Shown here piece after piece: positions 8,902 through 18,079 of a DNA stretch of 64,000 nucleotides. Made by a program: the position numbers and the translations under genes. Under the pieces are notes generated by a model. That model was given only the letters and a program-made list of their open reading frames with translations. It was not told the origin of the DNA and did not search any database. Within the stretch, counting starts at the first letter, position 1, and every line of letters begins with the position of its first letter. This DNA comes from Nitrososphaerota archaeon (GTDB taxonomy: Archaea > Thermoproteota > Nitrososphaeria > Nitrososphaerales > Nitrosopumilaceae): the NCBI GenBank assembly GCA_028867735.1, contig JAGWFW010000001.1, positions 9,671-73,670 of the forward strand. Reading direction: 5' to 3'.

Positions 8902-9861
8902 TTGAACGCATTTTGCAGTAGATTGTTGCAAAATAGAAGTGTGCTTGTTGCTATAGCGATCATTGCGTCTCCAATAATGTTTGCACTGGCCGTATTTCCT
9001 GACACATTTAGCCTAGGATGGAACCAGGGCAGGGGCGGATTCCTTTTTGCCATGGCGTTTATCGCAGCAGAGCTGATAGGACTCAAACTTGAGATTCCAA
9101 AGAAAAGACTCTACGCAGCAATCCCTGTGGCAGGCGTTGCAATCGGGTATCTTGTAGGGATAGAATTTGGGCTGAAAAAGTTCCTCATCGCAATCGCACC
9201 GCAATTTCATGTTCTTTTGATAGATTCGTGGACTTGGATGTGGGACTTTATTGTAATTGCTGCCTTTTTCATGATAGCCCTGACCATCCTGTTTGGCAAA
9301 AGGTGGATACGAATATCTCCTGCAGGGCCTATCTATGCAGCAGGTACCGCAATCATTCTTTCACTTGATGCATTTTTCCCGTATGACTCGCTTGGTCCGC
9401 TGCAATACGTGGTTCCCTATCTTGTAAAACTTGATGTCTTTTTGATCACGACCTTCAACTTGGGCATAGCTAGTGCACATGGAAACATCATGTTTTTGAG
9501 CGGTGACCACGGGCCGTTTGCGCTCCAGGTATTCTGGCCCTCTGCCGGCGTGCACAGCGTAATAATTTACTCTCTTGTCATGATGGCATTTTTGCTCAAG
9601 ATGAACATCCAAAGAAACAGAAAGGCTGCGTATTTTGCACTTGGAGTAGTGGGAACAATCGGTGTAAACGTAATTCGAATACTCTCTCTTTCCCTGTTTG
9701 TGCTCAAGGTCTCAACCAATGTGAATGAATTCCAGTCATTCCATGGTATTGCAGGGGAGATAATGTTCCTTCCATGGCTCTTTGTGTTTCTACTGATTGT
9801 GACATATGTTGAGACAAAGCGATTAAAAAAAAATGAAATGAAAATTGCAAAACATGAATGA
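8902..9861 (+). CDS. Thaumarchaeosortase (archaeosortase/exosortase family)
   Basis: Multi-TM; WNQGRGG; WPSAGVHS (Ser at the catalytic Cys position), NVIRI (Arg), FHGIAGE (His). Confidence 0.85.
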   Translation: MNAFCSRLLQNRSVLVAIAIIASPIMFALAVFPDTFSLGWNQGRGGFLFAMAFIAAELIGLKLEIPKKRLYAAIPVAGVAIGYLVGIEFGLKKFLIAIAPQFHVLLIDSWTWMWDFIVIAAFFMIALTILFGKRWIRISPAGPIYAAGTAIILSLDAFFPYDSLGPLQYVVPYLVKLDVFLITTFNLGIASAHGNIMFLSGDHGPFALQVFWPSAGVHSVIIYSLVMMAFLLKMNIQRNRKAAYFALGVVGTIGVNVIRILSLSLFVLKVSTNVNEFQSFHGIAGEIMFLPWLFVFLLIVTYVETKRLKKNEMKIAKHE

Positions 9862-10339
9862 GATAAAAATCAACAGAGATGTAAAGCCGGGCACGTATTT
9901 GATAGAAGATGTTTTTGCGAATCTGAAGAACGTCAAAATACTCCAGAAGGTTTTTGACTCAGGTAAAGAACTGGACGATGTTTTTTCCAAAACCCGGCTG
10001 GTCGTAGACACAAACAATCACTATATGCATGTAAAAAATGAAGATGCCACCATTGTGGTATCATTGAGCCACTTGCAGAATTCTGATGATGTCACCCTGT
10101 ATCTTGACATAGTGCACGAGCTTGTACATGTAAAACAACAGAGGCGGGGCTTGGACTTGTATGACAAATCTTACTCTTATGTGGATAGGCCCACTGAGAT
10201 TGAGGCATATGTTGTTGCTGTTGAAGAGGCAAAAAGATTAGGAATGGAACATGATGCAATAATGGATTATCTCCAAGTAGAGTGGATTACATTGGAAGAA
10301 CACAAGAGGCTTGCAACACACGTAGGACTGAGACACTAG
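9854..10339 (+). CDS. Putative zinc metallopeptidase-like protein (HExxH)
   Basis: IVHELVHVKQ and downstream PTEIEAY. Confidence 0.7.
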   Translation: MNEIKINRDVKPGTYLIEDVFANLKNVKILQKVFDSGKELDDVFSKTRLVVDTNNHYMHVKNEDATIVVSLSHLQNSDDVTLYLDIVHELVHVKQQRRGLDLYDKSYSYVDRPTEIEAYVVAVEEAKRLGMEHDAIMDYLQVEWITLEEHKRLATHVGLRH

Positions 10340-11430
10340 AAAAAATTTGTAATGTCTTCCTGTCCAGATACTTCTGTAAAATCTGAAACCTTGACTCCAA
10401 GTCTTCTAACTAGCAGTCTCTGGTCCTCAAGCGATTCCCTGAGCAACTGAATGGCAGTCTTTTTCAATTCCTCAAGGCTCGAAGTCGGGTTTTTTAGCAT
10501 TCTCGACTTTGTTCTGTTTGAAAGATCCTCTTGCACAAACTGTATTCCAACTGACTTGAAGACAAGGTTGTCTTTTACAATGGCATCATGTATGTCAGAG
10601 CATAATCGTTCAAGATCTTTTGACAGGGATTCAAGATCCTTTGTATCCTGCTTTAGCGTGACTATTCTGCTGTATTGTATCGGGTCTCCCCTGGGGGATA
10701 CGGGATATTCGTCGATTCCCCTTGCCGCATTGTAAATGTAGGTTCCAGTCTTTCTGCCAAATAGGCCGTTAAGTGCAAACACGTCCAGTTTTTTCAGATC
10801 AGCTATGGTCTCAAGTCCAAGCTCATGAAACTTTTCTTCGGATTTTTTTCCAATGCCTGGTATGACCTTGATTGGAAGCGGTTCGAGAAATGACTCTATC
10901 TTGTCCGGCTCTACAACCGTTAGACCGTCTGGTTTTTTAAAATCTGACGCTATCTTTGAGACAAGCTTGTTCGTCGAGGCTCCTACAGTTGACGAAAGTT
11001 TAACCCCACTGCGTATGGAATTTTTTAGTTGTTGTGCAAGATGTGGCACTCTTGCAAACTCCCCTTCGGTCTTTTTTGTGACGTCAAGATACGCCTCGTC
11101 TCTTCCCACGTACTCAAAAATGTCTGCATGTTTTCTAATTATGTCCATTGCGGCTTCGGATACTTCGGAATAATATTCAAAATCCGTGGGCAAAAAAGTC
11201 GCCTCTGCAATGTCCTCCAGTTTTCTCTTTGCAAATTTTATAGGCATGCCGGATTTTACGCCATACTTTCTTGCCTGATAGTTGGCAGTCGCAACCGCGC
11301 CGCTGTCTCCACCTCTGTCGGAAAAGACACATACGACCACAGGCCTTGTCCTCAATTCGGGTCTTCTCAACTCCTCACACTGGGCATAAAAATAATCAAA
11401 ATCCACATGCAAAACGATTCGCTGATGCAC
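10336..11430 (-). CDS. dinB: Y-family DNA polymerase IV (Dpo4/DinB)
   Basis: HVDFDYFYAQ, TANYQARKYGV, DEAYLD, KPDG; C-terminal PIP QEDITNFF. Confidence 0.95.
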   Translation of the reverse strand: MHQRIVLHVDFDYFYAQCEELRRPELRTRPVVVCVFSDRGGDSGAVATANYQARKYGVKSGMPIKFAKRKLEDIAEATFLPTDFEYYSEVSEAAMDIIRKHADIFEYVGRDEAYLDVTKKTEGEFARVPHLAQQLKNSIRSGVKLSSTVGASTNKLVSKIASDFKKPDGLTVVEPDKIESFLEPLPIKVIPGIGKKSEEKFHELGLETIADLKKLDVFALNGLFGRKTGTYIYNAARGIDEYPVSPRGDPIQYSRIVTLKQDTKDLESLSKDLERLCSDIHDAIVKDNLVFKSVGIQFVQEDLSNRTKSRMLKNPTSSLEELKKTAIQLLRESLEDQRLLVRRLGVKVSDFTEVSGQEDITNFF

Positions 11431-11508
11431 AAATTTTCTATTGTGGCATTTTGCTTATTATATTATTGGTGCAGATTGTGACTCTCAAATTACATCTAAA
11501 TACCGTTT

Positions 11509-11769
11509 ATGACAACAAACGTGGTGGACTATCCTATTCTGATAGAAAAAGAAGGAATCAAACTGCAGACGGAAAAAATGCAAGTCGACAAGCTGTATTA
11601 CTGCGTATATCAAGACAAGGTGATGCTTTTTTTCAAGGACAAAAACGATCTCCTGAACTGTTATGAAATAGAAGAAAAGGAAATTGTTGACGAGGTGAAA
11701 CAGTCGATGCCAGAAGACATAGAAAAAACGCTTGAGAAATACATCAAAGAAAAGAACCTGAGTTCCTAG
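11509..11769 (+). CDS. Conserved hypothetical protein
   Basis: 86-aa ORF with ATG start and upstream AT-rich promoter-like region. Confidence 0.7.
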   Translation: MTTNVVDYPILIEKEGIKLQTEKMQVDKLYYCVYQDKVMLFFKDKNDLLNCYEIEEKEIVDEVKQSMPEDIEKTLEKYIKEKNLSS

Positions 11770-11828
11770 ATCTTGCCAGTGTGTCTTTTGTACTAACCAT
11801 TAAATAAAACACATAAAGAGTCTGGTTT

Positions 11829-12116
11829 GTGACAAGGCCGCCAAACATCGTCTTCATTGGTAAAAAACCAATCCTGACATACGTCAATGCTACGTTGACA
11901 CTGCTTGCAAACGAGCCAACCGTGACAATAAAAGCGCGAGGCAAGAGCATAACTGCTGCAGTGGACGTATCTCAGATGATAGTCAAGAGAATGAACGCAG
12001 TAGGCTACAAAGTCAGCGGCGTTAGGATCTTCTCAGAAAGAATGGAATCAAAAGACGGAAGGGAAAGAAATGTCTCGACGATAGAAGTTGATGTCTCCAA
12101 ACCGGAAGCTGGCTAG
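11829..12116 (+). CDS. albA: Alba DNA/RNA-binding protein
   Basis: VFIGKKPILTYV, IKARGKSITAAVDV, RNVSTIEV. Confidence 0.95.
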   Translation: MTRPPNIVFIGKKPILTYVNATLTLLANEPTVTIKARGKSITAAVDVSQMIVKRMNAVGYKVSGVRIFSERMESKDGRERNVSTIEVDVSKPEAG

Positions 12117-12132
12117 TGGGAATCGACTGTAG

Positions 12133-12750
12133 TTAATGCACTGTACCAATTAGAAAGTTTATTCCAAAATAAACCAAAACACCGCTTAGTATCACCATGA
12201 AAATTTTATAGTTTTTTGTTGAAAGGACACTCTTTCCGCGCTTTGACAAAAATCCAGTCATGCCAAGCCATGCATAGTCCATCCATATGTGAAATCCAAA
12301 CACTATGCCGATTCCGATAAACGAGTACATTGCCATGGCATCCGAAATCAATTTGAAACCGATGGTGAACCACCAAACCAAGAAAAATGGATTCAGCGCG
12401 CTCAGCAGAATTCCTATGAAGAACGGACCGTGTTTTGGTAATTGATCTGACAAAGATTTTCCGTACACTGCCCTTATCTGCAATCCTGCAAAGACAAAGA
12501 GGCTGACTGCTCCAAGCACAGAAATGTATTCCCTAAACTGTGGCAACGCGTCAAGAGATATTGCACCAATTCCAAGAAATACCACAAGTGGAAGCTCAAC
12601 CAGCGTATGCCCGTATGCCATCTTGATTCCTGATTTCAAACCTGCTCTGGTACCATATGCCACACTTGCCGTAAATAGGGGCCCTGGAGCCATAACGCCA
12701 GAAACCGAGATTATGACAACGGTTATTGCAAATTCCAGTATGGTCGTCAT
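12133..12750 (-). CDS. LysE family translocator
   Basis: SGVMAPGPL, GHTLVE, LNPFFLVWW; hydrophobic. Confidence 0.9.
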   Translation of the reverse strand: MTTILEFAITVVIISVSGVMAPGPLFTASVAYGTRAGLKSGIKMAYGHTLVELPLVVFLGIGAISLDALPQFREYISVLGAVSLFVFAGLQIRAVYGKSLSDQLPKHGPFFIGILLSALNPFFLVWWFTIGFKLISDAMAMYSFIGIGIVFGFHIWMDYAWLGMTGFLSKRGKSVLSTKNYKIFMVILSGVLVYFGINFLIGTVH

Positions 12751-12768
12751 GGTCTCTTGCCGGGATAT

Positions 12769-13017
12769 CTAGTATGAGAAAATTCTTGAGGATGGTTCTA
12801 TTTTATTTGCTAAAAAACCCAGAACTTCGCGTACGTCATTCATGTACAAAAACTCATCGTGATTGTTCCTTGATATGTCAACACAGTATCTCTTGGATGT
12901 CTTGTTGATGAAAACAAATTCTTTCCCGTTCTCTATCCTTATTCCCTCGTCAGAATCTAAAACTCTGAGGTGTTTTTCCAGAATGTCCTTTGAAATCTCT
13001 CGCTCTTGATAGCTCAT
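12769..13017 (-). CDS. Hypothetical protein
   Basis: 82-aa ORF coupled to upstream PAC2 gene (4-nt overlap). Confidence 0.65.
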   Translation of the reverse strand: MSYQEREISKDILEKHLRVLDSDEGIRIENGKEFVFINKTSKRYCVDISRNNHDEFLYMNDVREVLGFLANKIEPSSRIFSY

Positions 13018-13748
13018 CCGTATATTGCATCTCGCAGTGGACCAGCGTCCTCTTCTGCCTTCTTCATATGTTGTTCAACATCTTCTGCCTCACTCACCAG
13101 GTTTCGGAAATCACAGGATGCACCTGGTACAAGTTTTGACATTGCCATGCAAATCTCTGCCCCTGCTCTAAAGTCTGGCCCTGTTTCTTGACCCTTGTAC
13201 AAAAGTACTATCACGCCGGTCTTTGCAATAGATCCCTCATTTAACAAAATTCCTGGTATTCCAGGAACTGTACCGTTTTTGAGTATCGGAATCTGGGCGT
13301 CTGCCAGCCGTTTTTTTGCGTCATCATTGCTTGCTACTCCTATCACAAGCGGCTTGTCATCTGACTTGACTGCAGAGCTGCTAACTATGAGTGAACACTT
13401 GTGGTCACTTGCCCACTTTAGCATTGTCTTTGCGACTTCTCTGTGAAGCGACTCGTGTGGAGTAAGATATGATGAAAATACCGCAACCTTTAGCTCTCTA
13501 TTGACAAATATTCTCGCAGGAAAACCAGGCACCTCGTCTCTTATGATGCTGATTGGTGGAAAGAGATCAGAGTCAAGTACTCCTGCCAGTTCAAACTGTG
13601 ATGTCGTGTTTATCAAAGACTCGGTGGCTATCGCATTTGCCAGCCCTGCATAAGGAAAACCGTCTATGACAAATCCGCCCTCGATGTTAACTGATTTGAG
13701 TTCTCTGACAACGATGTCATTTGTCATGAGTTGTTCTATTACGTCCAT
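13014..13748 (-). CDS. PAC2 family proteasome assembly chaperone-like protein
   Basis: IDGFPYAGLANAIA, FPPISII, GIPGILL, PDFRAG. Confidence 0.85.
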   Translation of the reverse strand: MDVIEQLMTNDIVVRELKSVNIEGGFVIDGFPYAGLANAIATESLINTTSQFELAGVLDSDLFPPISIIRDEVPGFPARIFVNRELKVAVFSSYLTPHESLHREVAKTMLKWASDHKCSLIVSSSAVKSDDKPLVIGVASNDDAKKRLADAQIPILKNGTVPGIPGILLNEGSIAKTGVIVLLYKGQETGPDFRAGAEICMAMSKLVPGASCDFRNLVSEAEDVEQHMKKAEEDAGPLRDAIYG

Positions 13749-13788
13749 CCTTTTAAATCATGGATATCGTTTTATGTGCTGAATCTTA

Positions 13789-14043
13789 TTGGAGAATGTG
13801 GAAGCATTGTATATTCTCATAAACTGTGATCTAGGTTCTGAAATAGAGATCATAAATGAACTGTCCAAAATTCCAGAGGTAAAAGAAGTCAGAGGAACAT
13901 ACGGGATATATGACATATTTGTCAAGGTTCAAGCAGGCTCAAACCCTACTCTGGAAGAGATAGTCACACATAAGATAAGAAGGATTCCAAAGGTTCGTTC
14001 CACCGTTACATTGACACCAATCATGTCTCAGGGCGGACGATAA
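13789..14043 (+). CDS. Stand-alone Lrp/AsnC ligand-binding (RAM) domain protein
   Basis: YILINCDLG...IPEVKEVRGTYGIYDIFVKV...IRRIPKVRSTVTL. Confidence 0.9.
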   Translation: MENVEALYILINCDLGSEIEIINELSKIPEVKEVRGTYGIYDIFVKVQAGSNPTLEEIVTHKIRRIPKVRSTVTLTPIMSQGGR

Positions 14044-14050
14044 AAATACC

Positions 14051-15211
14051 ATGATAAATCTCTACAATTCTTTTTCTTCAAACAAGGACAATTTTGAACC
14101 GTTTCAAAAAGACTTCGTCCGAATATTTATCTGCGGGCCAACCCTGTATGATTTCACACATCTGGGGCATGCCAGAATTTTTCTAACGTACGATCTTTTG
14201 TGCAGGCATTTGAATGAAAGAGGATATGGCACTGACGTTCTAGTAAACATGACTGACATAAATCAAAATGTTTTCAATAAAGCAAAATCAGAGTCACAAG
14301 ACTATCGCTTAATTGCCAAGTTTTATGCAAACAAGTTTTCTGAGGACCTTACCATGCTTAACATCAGGAGCATCAGCAGGCTTGCACATGTATCTGACTA
14401 TGTCGTCCATATTGAAAACCATATATCAAAATTGCTGGATGACAAGGTTGCCTACTATGCAAACGGAAACGTCTATCTCGATGCATCCAAAGTTAAAACA
14501 TACGGTATACTGTCAAAACAATCACAAGACCAACTGAGGCTTCATAGGTTGGACATAGGGCCTAACAAGAAAAGCCAGGAAGACATTATGCTGTGGAACT
14601 GCTCTGAAAACTTTGACTTTACATGGCCAAGCAGATTTGGTGAGGGAATACCCTGGTGGCACATGCAGGATACCGCAGTTGCACTGGAAAATTTTGGAAA
14701 AAATTATGACATACATGGGGGAGCAAGAGAACTATTGTACCCGCATCATGAAGCCCATCTTGCCCAGTACGAATTACTTTCGGGATCTGAAAAACCTGTC
14801 AAAATCTGGATGCATGTGGGCCTTGTTCTGTCAGATGGAGAAAAGATGTCAAAATCTTTAGGAAACGTAGCGTGGTCGCGAGATCTTGTACAAAAATACG
14901 GACAGAACCTACTGAGACTCTACATGTTCTCAAAACACTATCGAGAGGATGTTAATTTCGACGAAGGGCAGATTGCTGAAAAAAAACCATTCATGGATAA
15001 AATTTACCTTGCCGGCATGAAAACTGCAGAAAAAACAGATCCTGAAATTTCCAAGCTGATTGAAGACTTTCTTGCAGCGCTGGATGACGATCTTAATTCT
15101 CCAAAGGCGCTTGAAATATTTGAAAACATGTGCTCCAAAGTAATTGCCGGGAGCAGCATCACCTCTCTTGATTTTGAACGAACATGTCAAGTATTGGGAA
15201 TAAAGATCTAG
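14051..15211 (+). CDS. Cysteinyl-tRNA synthetase paralogue lacking anticodon-binding domain (MshC-like architecture)
   Basis: ICGPTLYD, HLGH (HIGH), DIHGG, PHHE, KMSKS, DDDLNSP (DALR); only 386 aa; WHMQD and PHHEAH replace WHIEC and PHHENE. Confidence 0.85.
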   Translation: MINLYNSFSSNKDNFEPFQKDFVRIFICGPTLYDFTHLGHARIFLTYDLLCRHLNERGYGTDVLVNMTDINQNVFNKAKSESQDYRLIAKFYANKFSEDLTMLNIRSISRLAHVSDYVVHIENHISKLLDDKVAYYANGNVYLDASKVKTYGILSKQSQDQLRLHRLDIGPNKKSQEDIMLWNCSENFDFTWPSRFGEGIPWWHMQDTAVALENFGKNYDIHGGARELLYPHHEAHLAQYELLSGSEKPVKIWMHVGLVLSDGEKMSKSLGNVAWSRDLVQKYGQNLLRLYMFSKHYREDVNFDEGQIAEKKPFMDKIYLAGMKTAEKTDPEISKLIEDFLAALDDDLNSPKALEIFENMCSKVIAGSSITSLDFERTCQVLGIKI

Positions 15212-15909
15212 TATCAAGATCGGAATCAGTAGACCTTGCATTTACGGGCCTCTGGAGCGGTTCATTAAATCTCGGGTGTGGAACTCTGTTTTTCAACAGG
15301 GACCTGCCAAATGACCTTTTTTTCAACAAGCTTGCCGGTTTGACATGCCTTGATGACAAAATACTGGAAGACTCTCGGCATCTCTTCAAGAAACATGACA
15401 CTATTCCGTACATTTACACATTGAATCAACCTGAACTTGACAGAAAACTGCTTGAAAGACATTTCAAACTGTATGATGTCCAGCACGTTCTGACTAGAAT
15501 TCCTACATCGACTGCAAAGTCCAGCGCCCGTAAGATATCTGAAAGAGAATCCATGGCGTGGTCAAAAACATTTTGCAGTGCGTATGATTGCAATGAATGG
15601 GTTCTAGCAGTAGACAAGATAGTAAGACACTCGTGCAACTTGATAGACTACTATGTTGACGAGTCATACAGCTCATGCGTAGCTTTGTATGAAAGCAATT
15701 CAGTGCTTGGACTTTACTGTCTTGGCACTGTGCCTGAGATGAGAAAAAAGGGCCTTGCAGCCTTGCTAATCGAGCTTGCACTCAACGAAGTAAAAAAACG
15801 CAACTTGGAGTTTTTGATGCTTGAAACGTATCAAAAAGACAGGCTGCTTGATTTTTACTTTAATCTGGGGTTCAAAGAGATTTATCGCAAAAACGTCTAC
15901 ACTATTTGA
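15184..15909 (+). CDS. GNAT family N-acetyltransferase
   Basis: LYCLGTVPEMRKKGLA acetyl-CoA motif; FYFNLGF; overlaps the end of the CysRS paralogue. Confidence 0.85.
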   Translation: MSSIGNKDLVSRSESVDLAFTGLWSGSLNLGCGTLFFNRDLPNDLFFNKLAGLTCLDDKILEDSRHLFKKHDTIPYIYTLNQPELDRKLLERHFKLYDVQHVLTRIPTSTAKSSARKISERESMAWSKTFCSAYDCNEWVLAVDKIVRHSCNLIDYYVDESYSSCVALYESNSVLGLYCLGTVPEMRKKGLAALLIELALNEVKKRNLEFLMLETYQKDRLLDFYFNLGFKEIYRKNVYTI

Positions 15910-16840
15910 TCTTGGAAAGCAGCGCAGAGTAGAGAAATGGCAGAATTGTTGTAGCTTCCGCATGTATTGTGGTCTGTTTTGCATTCTGGGTCACCTTGCC
16001 CCATGATATTGCCTCTCTTACAAGGGCCCCGCTGAGACTGCCGTCAAACTCTTGTGCGGTTGTAATGTACACTGCATAATCCAGTCCTTCTCTATACTGG
16101 TTCCACCACAGCGTGTGATGTTTTGATATTCCTCCACCTATCATCAGCGCGCCAGATTTTTTCGCCTTGAAAATTAATCCGGATAATAAATCTCCATCTG
16201 CTGCCACATTCAACCTAAAGTCGTTGTGCTTTTGCGTAAACATCCAAATCTGACTGCCCACAGCACCGTCCATTATTCCTGGAACTATGACCGGTATGTT
16301 GTTCTTGTTTGCCCAATAAAGAAAAGAGTCCTCGCCGAGATTGGAGCCTATTGCCTTGCAAACGTCATATGTTGACATTTCTTTTTTTCCTTTGGAATAT
16401 TCTTTTTGCAGAAATGCTTGCATCTTTTCCTCAATCAGAGGACCGTAACTTTTTAGCGGAACCAACACGTTTCCCAGTCTGTGTATGCCCTTGTCTGCCA
16501 ATTCACTATCGTCAAGGGTAAAAGAGCCCTCCAAGTAATTGGAATAGTGTCTTGCAATGTCATGGTCAAGAGCGCCACATGTGGTGATGACAACGTCGCA
16601 CATCTTGTTTTTTACCATGTCGGTGATTATTCCCCTGAGTCCTGTGGATACTATCGCTGCCACAAAAGACAGAAACTTCAAACACTGCTTGTCTTCCATC
16701 ATTGAAGAAAGAATGTTCAATCCATCTACGAGATTGCGCGATTCAAAGCCGCCAGACTCTGACATTTGATCAAATATCGAATTTATGGCGTCACCTTTTT
16801 TTATCGAGATATCTTTTACCGGTCTTCCAGACTTTGTCAC
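15902..16840 (-). CDS. dys: Deoxyhypusine synthase
   Basis: STGLRG, GGGISKHH, DGSLSGA, EAISWGKV (catalytic Lys). Confidence 0.92.
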   Translation of the reverse strand: MTKSGRPVKDISIKKGDAINSIFDQMSESGGFESRNLVDGLNILSSMMEDKQCLKFLSFVAAIVSTGLRGIITDMVKNKMCDVVITTCGALDHDIARHYSNYLEGSFTLDDSELADKGIHRLGNVLVPLKSYGPLIEEKMQAFLQKEYSKGKKEMSTYDVCKAIGSNLGEDSFLYWANKNNIPVIVPGIMDGAVGSQIWMFTQKHNDFRLNVAADGDLLSGLIFKAKKSGALMIGGGISKHHTLWWNQYREGLDYAVYITTAQEFDGSLSGALVREAISWGKVTQNAKQTTIHAEATTILPFLYSALLSKIK

Positions 16841-16929
16841 ATGTCACAAATCCCGTCTGGGGTATAAAATCCTCTGCCCGAGCAAATCACAATTAATATG
16901 TAGGAGTAATTTGGTAGTTATCGAATAAG

Positions 16930-17997
16930 TTGGGAAAGAAGATCAAGATTGCCATAGCTGGTGTAGGCAACTGTGCATCTGCGCTAATTCAAGGAGCAAA
17001 ATACTATACTGATAACCCTCGTGATACTGTAGGGCTCACTGCGTACAATCTGGGCGGGTATGAACCACAAGACATTGAAGTAGTAGCCGCATTTGATGTG
17101 GCAGATACCAAGGTGGGAAAGGATGTCTCAGAGGCAATATACGCAAGACCGAACAATACTATTACAGTTGCTGACGTGCCGAGTACCGGAATTACGGTTC
17201 AACGCGGGCCCACAAAGGATGGACTTGGAAGGCACCTGAGCAGAATAGTCACGCCTTCCCCGGAACCTGAAGTGAATGTCAAAAAGGTACTGCAAGATAC
17301 CGGTGCAGAGATGCTTGTCAATTATCTTCCTGTTGGAAGTACAGAGGCCGTAAGGCACTATGCAAGCCAGGCCCTTGAGGCAGGAATCGGTTTTCTCAAT
17401 GCTATCCCAGTTTTCATAGCATCTGAACCAAAATGGCAGCAGATGTATGCAGAGAAAAAAATTCCGCTGGCAGGAGACGATGTAATGAGCCAGCTTGGTG
17501 CCACAGTAGTTCACAAGACGCTTGTCAAGCTCTTCGTGGATAGGGGAGTTCTAGTAGATGGCACATACCAGTTGAACATTGGAGGGGACATGGACTTTTA
17601 CAACATGCTCGACGAGGAGAGGCTGGAAGACAAGAGAATCAGCAAGACAAGCGCAGTAAAGGCAATGGCAGACTATGACATACCTATGAGGATAGGTCCA
17701 AGTGACTATGTCGACTTTATTGATAATGAGAAGATCTGCTACATAAACATCGAAGGAAAGTACTTTGGCAAGATACCTATCAAACTTGATCTGAAACTAA
17801 AGGTAATTGATGCCTACAACAGCGCAGGCATAATGATCGATGCAATACGCGGATTGAAGATAGCACTGGACAGAAAGCTTTCAGGGCCGATGACTAGCAT
17901 CTCTTCCTACTGCTTCAAGCATCCCCCAATACAGATGCCTTACACTGAAGCAAAGAAGGCCTTTGCAGAATTTGTAGAAGGCAAACGCGAACAATAG
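16930..17997 (+). CDS. ino1: myo-inositol-1-phosphate synthase
   Basis: GVGNCAS, NYLPVGS, GDD..SQLGAT, YQLNIGG..DF, RISKT, GPSDYV. Confidence 0.95.
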   Translation: MGKKIKIAIAGVGNCASALIQGAKYYTDNPRDTVGLTAYNLGGYEPQDIEVVAAFDVADTKVGKDVSEAIYARPNNTITVADVPSTGITVQRGPTKDGLGRHLSRIVTPSPEPEVNVKKVLQDTGAEMLVNYLPVGSTEAVRHYASQALEAGIGFLNAIPVFIASEPKWQQMYAEKKIPLAGDDVMSQLGATVVHKTLVKLFVDRGVLVDGTYQLNIGGDMDFYNMLDEERLEDKRISKTSAVKAMADYDIPMRIGPSDYVDFIDNEKICYINIEGKYFGKIPIKLDLKLKVIDAYNSAGIMIDAIRGLKIALDRKLSGPMTSISSYCFKHPPIQMPYTEAKKAFAEFVEGKREQ

Positions 17998-18079
17998 ATT
18001 ACACATTGTAATTATTGTTAGCCTAGTCAATGAAACTTGTCAATAATCGGTTATTTCACATGTGTGGCCACCGGTTTCA

